NCBI GenBank assembly: GCA_903832035.1
Contig: CAILAD010000001.1
Location: 1 to 42,820 of the forward strand
Origin: an uncultured bacterium
GTDB taxonomy: Bacteria > Patescibacteriota > Saccharimonadia > CAILAD01 > BJGX01
DNA length: 42,820 nucleotides
Reading direction: 5' to 3'
In this document: positions 35,818 to 42,820 of the stretch, in pieces
Layout of the letters: every line of letters begins with the position of its first letter
Position numbering within the stretch: the stretch's first letter is position 1
Program-made: the position numbers and the translations under genes
The notes under the pieces: generated by a model
Database searches by the model: none
What the model was told of the DNA's origin: nothing
Seen by the model: only the letters and a program-made list of their open reading frames with translations

Positions 35818-36270
35818 ATGAACATATATATCGCATCAGATCATGCGGGATTTATTAAAAAACAAGAATTAGCTGAGAAACTTAGCAGGGATTTTTCAGT
35901 GATTGACTTGGGTCCTGAAGATTTAAATCCAGGAGATGACTACCCTATTTTTGCTCAGAGGGTGGCTAATTCAGTGACTAATGAAGAAGGAAGTCTAGGA
36001 ATATTAGTTTGTAAAAGTGGTCAAGGTATGGAGATTGCAGCAAATAAGGTAGATGGGGTACGTGCTGCCTTAGTATGGAATAAACATATTGCCGAAGAAA
36101 CTCGAAGAGATAACGATAGTAATGTGTTGAGTCTACCAAGCGGGGAATTGAGCCTTGATGAAATGTATGAAATATCCAAGACCTTTTTGACAACACAGTT
36201 TTCTAAACAAGATCGACATGTAAGAAGAATAGAAGAAATAAGAGAAATAGAGGATGAAAACAATGGCTAA
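35818..36270 (+). CDS. rpiB: Ribose-5-phosphate isomerase B
   Basis: ASDHAG, DDYP, CKSGQG, ANKVDGVRAA, RHVRRI. Confidence 0.93.
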   Translation: MNIYIASDHAGFIKKQELAEKLSRDFSVIDLGPEDLNPGDDYPIFAQRVANSVTNEEGSLGILVCKSGQGMEIAANKVDGVRAALVWNKHIAEETRRDNDSNVLSLPSGELSLDEMYEISKTFLTTQFSKQDRHVRRIEEIREIEDENNG

Positions 36271-36898
36271 GATAGTCCCCGCATTATTAGTTAGAACAGT
36301 GGAGGAATATAACTCGACACTACGAAAAGCCAGACAACTCACTAATCGTTTTCATATAGATATTATTGATGGAAAATATGTTGATAATCAAACTATTTCA
36401 CCCCGTGATATCCAAAAGCAAATTGACAATAAGATGGATATGCATCTTATGGTTGAAGATCCAGTTTGGTACGCAAGAGAGTGCGTTAGTCTTAATCCCC
36501 ATATAGTCATTGTTCAATACGAAAGCCCCGGTGACGTAGTGGGCGCTCTTGAGATTATTACAAAAAATGGTTTTAGAGCTGGAATATCTATTAATCCAGA
36601 AACATCAGTCGATACTATAAAAAATATCCTACCCAGTGTTAGTTATGTTCAGATCATGGGCTATCCTGCGGGTTTTGCGGGCACTAAATTTCAGAAGAGT
36701 GTTTTGGAAAAAGTTAAACAGGTAAGATCCTTGGTGCCAAGTATGGAAATTGGCCTAGATGGCGGAGTAAACGACAAGACGATAGGCTTAATTGCTAAGG
36801 CAAATTTTGACGTTATCAATGTAAATTCATTCTTATTTGATAATCCCGAGATGGATTATCTAAGTGCCTACTCTGCGTTATTAGAGAAAGTCATATGA
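36254..36898 (+). CDS. rpe: Ribulose-phosphate 3-epimerase
   Basis: HIDIIDG, MHLMV, INPET, GFAG, DGGVN. Confidence 0.9.
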   Translation: MKTMAKIVPALLVRTVEEYNSTLRKARQLTNRFHIDIIDGKYVDNQTISPRDIQKQIDNKMDMHLMVEDPVWYARECVSLNPHIVIVQYESPGDVVGALEIITKNGFRAGISINPETSVDTIKNILPSVSYVQIMGYPAGFAGTKFQKSVLEKVKQVRSLVPSMEIGLDGGVNDKTIGLIAKANFDVINVNSFLFDNPEMDYLSAYSALLEKVI

Positions 36899-37782
36899 AG
36901 GTATTAAGCCATAAAGAACTTGAATTAAAGGCTGACAATATTCGTCAGGATATATTAAGGATGCTAGCACATGCGGGCAGCGGACATAGCGCAGGTCCTT
37001 TGGGCATGTCAGACATATTTACTGCTCTTTATTTTGGTGGATTAATGAATTACGATCCAAAAAAACCTGAATGGGACCAAAGGGACCGGTTAGTTCTTAG
37101 TAATGGCCATATCAATCCAGTCCTTTATGTTTCAATGGCTCACGCTGGATATTTTACTAGAGAGGAACTTAAGACTCTCAGGAAATTTGGAACTAGATTG
37201 CAGGGTCACCCAGAGAGAGTGCGCCTGCCTGGCCTAGAAAGTACTAGCGGCCCTTTAGGGTCGGGCTTGAGTCAGGCCTCAGGCATGGCCTATGGCCTCA
37301 ATATGGACGGTCAGAAGAACCAACATGTTTTCTGTCTTACTAGTGATGGGGAGCACCAAGAAGGCAATACTTGGGAAGCTATTATGTTTGCTGGCAAAAA
37401 TAGACTGAGAAACCTTACCGCAATAATTGACAGGAATAATATCCAGATAGATGGGTACACCGAAGATATTATGCCGCTTGAACCCCTTGCCATGAAATAC
37501 CAGTCTTTCAATTGGCATGTTATAGAAATTGATGGTCATAATTTCGATGAAATCAGCGGCGCCGTTAACCAGGCAAAGGCTATATTCGAGAAACCTACAT
37601 GTATTATTGCTCATACAGTACCAGGGAAGGGTGTAGATTTTATGGAGTTTGATTACCGTTGGCATGGCATACCGCCAGGTAAACAAGATTTGCCCGGAGA
37701 CCCTAAAGCTAAAGACCAACTTAAAATTGCGCTAAATGAGTTGAGGACACTAAAAGGCAAGATATTGAGTGAGCATGAATGA
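36895..37782 (+). CDS. Transketolase, N-terminal subunit
   Basis: SGH, DRLVLSNGH, LQGHP, SDGEHQEG...N TPP motif, WHG. Confidence 0.95.
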   Translation: MKVLSHKELELKADNIRQDILRMLAHAGSGHSAGPLGMSDIFTALYFGGLMNYDPKKPEWDQRDRLVLSNGHINPVLYVSMAHAGYFTREELKTLRKFGTRLQGHPERVRLPGLESTSGPLGSGLSQASGMAYGLNMDGQKNQHVFCLTSDGEHQEGNTWEAIMFAGKNRLRNLTAIIDRNNIQIDGYTEDIMPLEPLAMKYQSFNWHVIEIDGHNFDEISGAVNQAKAIFEKPTCIIAHTVPGKGVDFMEFDYRWHGIPPGKQDLPGDPKAKDQLKIALNELRTLKGKILSEHE

Positions 37783-38777
37783 TGGAAATAAATAAAGCAC
37801 TACATCTAGATAATAAAATTTTTACCAGTGATATATCGCAAGAACCGATACGTAAAGGTTTTGGCCAAGGCTTAACAGAGTCTGGCCATACTGATACATC
37901 CATAGTAGCACTCAGCGCTGACCTGACGGAATCGACACAAATGGAGCAATTTAAAGATAACTTTCCAGATAGGTTTATAGAAATAGGGGTGGCTGAGCAG
38001 AATCTTGTCACGGTGGCTTCCGGGCTTGCTGCCGTGGGTAAAAAACCATTCATAACCAGCTATGCAGGATTTTCTCCAGGTAGAAACTGGGAGCAAATAC
38101 GTACTACGGTTTGCCTAAATGATCGTAATGTAAAAATTGTGGGCGCCCATGCTGGAGTTTCTGTGGGTCCCGATGGCGCAACACACCAGATGCTAGAAGA
38201 CATAGCCTTGATGAGAGTACTTCCCAATATGGTAGTAGTGGTTCCATCTGATAGTGTTGAGGCTAGAAAGGCTACTATCCAGTTGGCCAAAACTAACAAA
38301 CCAGCATACATTAGGCTGGCCAGGGATAAGACAGCAGTTTATACTACCGAAAAGACCCCGTTTAGGCTGGGTATTGCTCAGTTACTAATTGAAGGTAGCG
38401 ATATTACTATGGTAGCATGCGGCCCATTAGTCTATGAAGCTATGCTGGCAGCCGAAAGTCTTAGTAAGCAGGGTATATCAGCTGAAGTTATTAATTGTCA
38501 TACAATAAAACCCATTGACGAAACAACTATCTTAAAAAGTGCAAACAAAACACGTGTAGTTATTACGATTGAAGAGGCACAAGTTACTGGTGGGCTTGGT
38601 GGCGCTATCTCTGAACTACTATCCGAAAAGCTCCCGACTAGAGTTTTTAGGATTGGCGTACAAAACAGGTTCGGCCAGTCCGGAACAGTGGCTGAGCTAT
38701 GGAAAGAGTACGGACTAGATAGTATTTCAATCCATAATACGGCAAAGAGCTTAGTGGAAAGTAAGTTAAATGCCTAA
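37779..38777 (+). CDS. Transketolase, C-terminal subunit
   Basis: LSADL, GVAEQN, DGATHQ, YIRL, IKPID, GGLGG. Confidence 0.95.
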   Translation: MMEINKALHLDNKIFTSDISQEPIRKGFGQGLTESGHTDTSIVALSADLTESTQMEQFKDNFPDRFIEIGVAEQNLVTVASGLAAVGKKPFITSYAGFSPGRNWEQIRTTVCLNDRNVKIVGAHAGVSVGPDGATHQMLEDIALMRVLPNMVVVVPSDSVEARKATIQLAKTNKPAYIRLARDKTAVYTTEKTPFRLGIAQLLIEGSDITMVACGPLVYEAMLAAESLSKQGISAEVINCHTIKPIDETTILKSANKTRVVITIEEAQVTGGLGGAISELLSEKLPTRVFRIGVQNRFGQSGTVAELWKEYGLDSISIHNTAKSLVESKLNA

Positions 38778-39741
38778 AACAATCGGAGTACTAGGATCTT
38801 CAAATATTGATATATATGTTCTTTCTAAGTTATTTAAAATAAATTATAACGTAGTTTTAAAACAGGGTGTTAATACAGCAATTGAGAGTATAGTTCAGGA
38901 GCCTGGTGGCGATGGACTATTGACTTCAGTTCTCTACGCGCGACAACAAGAAGATGTAACTTTATTTACAAAAACAGGCTCAGACATGCCTGCCAATTTC
39001 ATCGAGATGGTATGTAATGAAGAATCTATATCCCTCGCAACTAACTTCAAAACTACAAAATACCATACTGACTCAACCATCCACTTAATGAACATCAGCA
39101 AAAATGACACCACACTTAGTAGTTATGAGTGTTTTGATAATATATCTAAGAATGATATTAATGAACTGATTTCGAAATCCAAATGGGTACATCTAGCCAA
39201 CATACCGAAATCCAAGCCCATACTATACTATGCTTTGAAGAATTTAATTAGTAGTAATGTAGAACTGGTGGTTAGTCTAGTCTATCCCATTTCTCTACCA
39301 AAGAGGGCGGTGAGTAAATTATTGAAGCAGGCAAAGTTGGTAGTTATAAGTAGAGCGGTAGCAATTAAATTGCTATCCGATGAATCATCTTCGGAACAAT
39401 TAGCATTGGAGCTTCACTCTAAAGGGGCTAGGCACATAGTTATTTATGATACCAGTGGAGATACTGTTTGCATTAATGATGGTTTGGTATTTAGGGCACA
39501 GAAATACACACCTAAACATATAAGTGACATCGGAGGGGTAGATGCGATATTCGCCGCAGGTTATATATATAGCTTTATGAAGTATGGGGATGCCAAAAAA
39601 GCAATTAATTTTGGTCTAAGTCAAGCCAAGTCCGTCATGTCAGTTATTGGCTCTAGGTCAGCAATTCTGAGAAATCCTGTCCTAGAAAAGATAAAAATTT
39701 CGGAGCATAATTTAATGGAGGTAAGTAATGAAGAAAGATAA
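38770..39741 (+). CDS. Degenerate PfkB-family kinase-like protein
   Basis: PfkB fold motifs (GSSNID, PGGDG, GSD), but the C-terminal signature reads DIGGVDAIF instead of DTxGAGDxF. Confidence 0.7.
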   Translation: MPKTIGVLGSSNIDIYVLSKLFKINYNVVLKQGVNTAIESIVQEPGGDGLLTSVLYARQQEDVTLFTKTGSDMPANFIEMVCNEESISLATNFKTTKYHTDSTIHLMNISKNDTTLSSYECFDNISKNDINELISKSKWVHLANIPKSKPILYYALKNLISSNVELVVSLVYPISLPKRAVSKLLKQAKLVVISRAVAIKLLSDESSSEQLALELHSKGARHIVIYDTSGDTVCINDGLVFRAQKYTPKHISDIGGVDAIFAAGYIYSFMKYGDAKKAINFGLSQAKSVMSVIGSRSAILRNPVLEKIKISEHNLMEVSNEER

Positions 39742-40735
39742 GATTGATATATTATCTATCGGTGATGTAGTCACAGATGCATTTATAGAACTTCTACCAG
39801 CTGAAGCTGAAATAGATAATGATAATAAGCGCCACCCGCTATTGTGCATGACTTACGGAACTAAGATACCATTCAAGGAGGCAATAATAATAAATGGCGT
39901 GGGGAATGCAGCTAATGCTGCAGTGGCCTGTGCAGAAATTGGCCTTAATACTGCATTTATGTCAGACATTGGCGATGATAATGTAGGTCAAGACATACTG
40001 CAGTCACTACACAGCCACAGAGTTTCAACCGAGTTTATTTACACACACCTTGGGTATAAAAGTAACTATCATTATGTATTGTGGTATGGATCAGACAGAA
40101 CTATCCTAATTAAGCATGAAAAATATCCATATCAATGGCCTGAAATAAGAACCTACCAGAAGCCTAGCTGGGTATATCTTACTTCAATCGGGGAGTCGGG
40201 ATCTATAATACACTCGGAGCTATCAAAGTTCCTAGACGAAAATCCTACAACTAAGCTATCTTTCCAGCCAGGTACTTTTCAAATTAGGCAGGGAGTTGAT
40301 AAGTTACAAAAAATATATGCTAGAACTAATATCTTTGTAGCAAACCTTGAAGAATTTCAGCAGATTCTGAACACAGAATCTAAGGATGAGAAAGAACTGA
40401 TAGCAAAAATGCACCAACTTGGGCCGAGAGTGGTTTTGCTTACAGATGGACCAAGGGGAGCTTTTGCATCTGATGGGCTCAAGGTTGTTTTTATGCCACC
40501 ATACCCAGACCCTAAGCCACCACTAGACAGAACCGGCGCGGGGGATTCGTACGCAAGTACATTTACCGCAGCTATAATAAATGGTGAGGACATTGAAACA
40601 GCCTTAGCATGGGCTGGCGCAAACTCTATGAGTGTAGTGCAGGCTATAGGTGCTCAAGCAGGCCTACTAAACAAGCATGAAATTGTGTCTTTACTTAATA
40701 AGGCACCAAGGAGCTATAAAGCAAAGGTAGTATAG
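39728..40735 (+). CDS. PfkB-family carbohydrate kinase
   Basis: GNAANAAV, IGDD, NLEE, TDGPRG, DRTGAGDSY. Confidence 0.92.
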   Translation: MKKDKIDILSIGDVVTDAFIELLPAEAEIDNDNKRHPLLCMTYGTKIPFKEAIIINGVGNAANAAVACAEIGLNTAFMSDIGDDNVGQDILQSLHSHRVSTEFIYTHLGYKSNYHYVLWYGSDRTILIKHEKYPYQWPEIRTYQKPSWVYLTSIGESGSIIHSELSKFLDENPTTKLSFQPGTFQIRQGVDKLQKIYARTNIFVANLEEFQQILNTESKDEKELIAKMHQLGPRVVLLTDGPRGAFASDGLKVVFMPPYPDPKPPLDRTGAGDSYASTFTAAIINGEDIETALAWAGANSMSVVQAIGAQAGLLNKHEIVSLLNKAPRSYKAKVV

Positions 40736-40743
40736 TTATTAAT

Positions 40744-41667
40744 ATGATTTACGACACTATTATTATAGGAGGGGGTCCCGCAGGTATGACTGCTGGCATA
40801 TATGCCGCCCGAAAAAAGTTAAAAACCCTAATTCTGACTAAGGATATCGGTGGTCAAACCGCATGGAGTAGTGACGTAGAGAACTACCCTGGTTTTACCA
40901 TGATAACTGGAGCTGAATTGGTTGAAAGATTTGAACAACACGTTGAAAAGTTTAAGGATTTTGTGGAATTAAGATTAGTTACTAAGGGTGTTTCAGCTAT
41001 TACCAAATCTGATAAATTATTCACAGTTTCAATCGAGGGTCATAAGTCGGAAAAGAGCAAGACAGTAATTATTGCTGGCGGAAAAGTTCCAAGGTTCTTG
41101 GGCCTAGAAGGTGAGAAAAAATATTTGAATAAAGGCGTGAGCTATTGTTCGTGGTGTGATGGACCCATATTTTCCGGTAAAGACATTGCCATAATCGGGG
41201 GAGGTAATTCTGCTTTGGATGCAACTATAAATTTATCAAAGATTGTAAAGTCTATAGTTATAATCAATATTACAAAAGAATTAACGGGCGACCCAGTGTT
41301 AGTTGATAAAGTTACTACCGCACATAATGTAAGGATACTCAATGATAGTGAGGCGCTTAGCATTAATGGAGATAAATTTGTTAGCTCTGTTACCCTACGA
41401 AATCACGTCGATAAAAAACCAATAACCATAGATGTAGAAGGAGTTTTTATTGAGGCAGGAAGCTTACCAGCTACTAGCTATTTAGAAAATTTTGTAAAGT
41501 TAAATAGACAAGGTGAGATTCGTATAGATAAAAATAATATGACTAGTGTCAAGGGCATATTCGCTGCAGGTGATATTACTCAGATAGAAGAGAAGCAAAT
41601 TATTGTAGCCTCTGCAGAGGGAGCAAAGGCAGCAATTTGCGCAAGCAAATATTTGGCTAGACTGTAG
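40744..41667 (+). CDS. trxB: Thioredoxin reductase
   Basis: IGGGPAG, VENYPG, SYCSWCDG, IGGGNSA, FAAGD. Confidence 0.92.
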   Translation: MIYDTIIIGGGPAGMTAGIYAARKKLKTLILTKDIGGQTAWSSDVENYPGFTMITGAELVERFEQHVEKFKDFVELRLVTKGVSAITKSDKLFTVSIEGHKSEKSKTVIIAGGKVPRFLGLEGEKKYLNKGVSYCSWCDGPIFSGKDIAIIGGGNSALDATINLSKIVKSIVIINITKELTGDPVLVDKVTTAHNVRILNDSEALSINGDKFVSSVTLRNHVDKKPITIDVEGVFIEAGSLPATSYLENFVKLNRQGEIRIDKNNMTSVKGIFAAGDITQIEEKQIIVASAEGAKAAICASKYLARL

Positions 41668-41742
41668 TATTACCTAAATTGACCTCTAAATATATATGGT
41701 CTAAAATAAGAATCTAAGCATAATAATAATCAGGAGAAAAAA

Positions 41743-42282
41743 GTGGACGATAAAAAACAAACTAAAAGCAGTGATTTTCTGCCAGGTAAACCTAGTGTTG
41801 ATGGTATGGCTGCGGTTAGTGTTAGCCCATCTAACTCCACTAATCCAGGTCGCGAGGGTTCGAGTGCCCATGTTATAGATCTAAAAAAGACAGCCCCATC
41901 TATTGTGGACTCCCCTCTACTTAAAGAAGAAAATGAGCTCACAAAGGAAGATGGTGAAAAGGCAGTAAGTCTGAAGGTATCATCCGATCAAGCTAATAAG
42001 TCCGAAGACGCACTACCGGTTGTCGAGAGTGAACCAAGGCCCATAGACCCAAAGAAGCTATCCAGACAAGAATCTGCCACTGAAAACACCGAAGGGGGCG
42101 AGAAGGGTATTAACGATATAAGCCTAGCTCCTGCTAAAGACCAACTAGTTAAAAAACCTGAATCCTCTAATACTAATAAAAAAAGTAAATTAAGAACCAT
42201 TCTAGTAATTACGGGAATAATTGTAGTTATAGCCGTAGCGGTTGTAGCTGTTATAATATTTACGTCAACATCAGGCCAGTAA
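41743..42282 (+). CDS. Hypothetical C-terminally membrane-anchored protein
   Basis: Low-complexity S/E/K/P-rich body, basic patch, single C-terminal TM; TTGACC-17-TAAAAT promoter and AGGAG SD. Confidence 0.75.
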   Translation: MDDKKQTKSSDFLPGKPSVDGMAAVSVSPSNSTNPGREGSSAHVIDLKKTAPSIVDSPLLKEENELTKEDGEKAVSLKVSSDQANKSEDALPVVESEPRPIDPKKLSRQESATENTEGGEKGINDISLAPAKDQLVKKPESSNTNKKSKLRTILVITGIIVVIAVAVVAVIIFTSTSGQ

Positions 42283-42299
42283 AATAAAGGAGAAAATTT

Positions 42300-42554
42300 A
42301 TGGACGATAAAAGCACAGATAACAATGTCGCAACAATATATACTACACCATGGTGTCAATTTTGTAAGAACGTAGAGTCTTATCTAGATGAGAAAGGCTA
42401 TAAGTATGAAAAGATTGATGTACAGGCAGACCAAGCTAAAGCCCAGGAAATGATGGACAAATCTGGTCAGATGGGCGTTCCAGTAACGGAAATAAAAGGC
42501 CAAATAATAGTTGGATGGGATAAGCCTAAATTCGAAGCATTACTATCTAATTAG
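42300..42554 (+). CDS. Glutaredoxin-like protein (NrdH/YruB type)
   Basis: IYTTPWCQFC, SGQMGVPV, IVGWD; AAAGGAG SD. Confidence 0.92.
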   Translation: MDDKSTDNNVATIYTTPWCQFCKNVESYLDEKGYKYEKIDVQADQAKAQEMMDKSGQMGVPVTEIKGQIIVGWDKPKFEALLSN

Positions 42555-42580
42555 TATTTAATTTTTCATTCATTATTTCT

Positions 42581-42820
42581 ATGAGTAAGAAAATCAACAG
42601 AAAAAGATTAAGTAAATTTACGATGAGTAGATTGGATGCTCCGAATATTTCATTTTTATTAATTCTGGTATTAGCCATCTCTGCTACCGGTATAATAATA
42701 ATAAGATTTAGCCATGCATCAGGCCAAGATTTATCACTGTCACAAAAAAAGCAAATGAATGAGCAAGCTTTTCAGGCAATAAAGAGCGATCGAGCCAAGC
42801 ATGGAATAAATCTTGACTCC
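42581..42820 (+). CDS. Secreted or membrane protein, N-terminal part only (runs off the window)
   Basis: Open frame MSKKINRKRL...FLLILVLAISATGIIIIRFSHA-SGQ: basic region, hydrophobic helix, SxA cleavage-like site. Confidence 0.6.
   Translation, partial: MSKKINRKRLSKFTMSRLDAPNISFLLILVLAISATGIIIIRFSHASGQDLSLSQKKQMNEQAFQAIKSDRAKHGINLDS

Noticed and set aside
339..42359. Many 60-150 aa antisense ORFs in the track (e.g. 5110-5457, 30284-30709, 37279-37719, 41988-42359)
   Set aside because: They lie largely opposite well-supported genes and have no motifs or expression signals
1..42820. Alternative genetic code (UGA=Gly), CRISPR array, introns, IS elements
   Set aside because: Conserved genes are intact under code 11 and several end in TGA; no regularly spaced repeats, interrupted genes or transposases were seen

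Overview
AT-rich, gene-dense chromosomal segment using the standard bacterial code (TGA ends several clear genes). Gene content and order (baseplate-J-like/ruvX/mltG, nusB-NUDIX-rnc, rpsP-khpA-trmD without rimM, rpiB-rpe-split tkt-2x pfkB) suggest a CPR/Patescibacteria genome, probably Saccharibacteria-like (inference). Layout: 1-12.4 kb envelope/peptidoglycan genes (mltG, LysM-CHAP hydrolase, obgE, tRNA-Ala, mscL, two MurF homologues, M15-type peptidase, alpha/beta hydrolase, ddl); 12.4-21.6 kb translation/chromosome genes (leuS, yceD, rpmF, nusB, rnc, short smc, rpsP, khpA, trmD, tRNA-Gln); 21.6-32.1 kb an accessory block of mostly membrane proteins and two P-type ATPases, bounded by DUF1761 paralogues; 32.2-42.8 kb xth, rpmG, DsbA-VKOR-thioredoxin, gap/pentose-phosphate genes, trxB and a glutaredoxin. 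No CRISPR, integrase, transposase or prophage was seen. Most interesting: a ~200-nt leader with competing helices and a possible AUU start upstream of the LysM-CHAP gene; widespread leaderless-mRNA architecture, including a leaderless mini-uORF coupled to smc; an apparently hinge-less SMC; a MurF-like/M15/esterase/MurF/Ddl cluster; and a DsbA-VKOR pair coupled to a cytoplasmic 6-Cys thioredoxin-like protein. All calls come from reading the sequence by eye; no searches were run.
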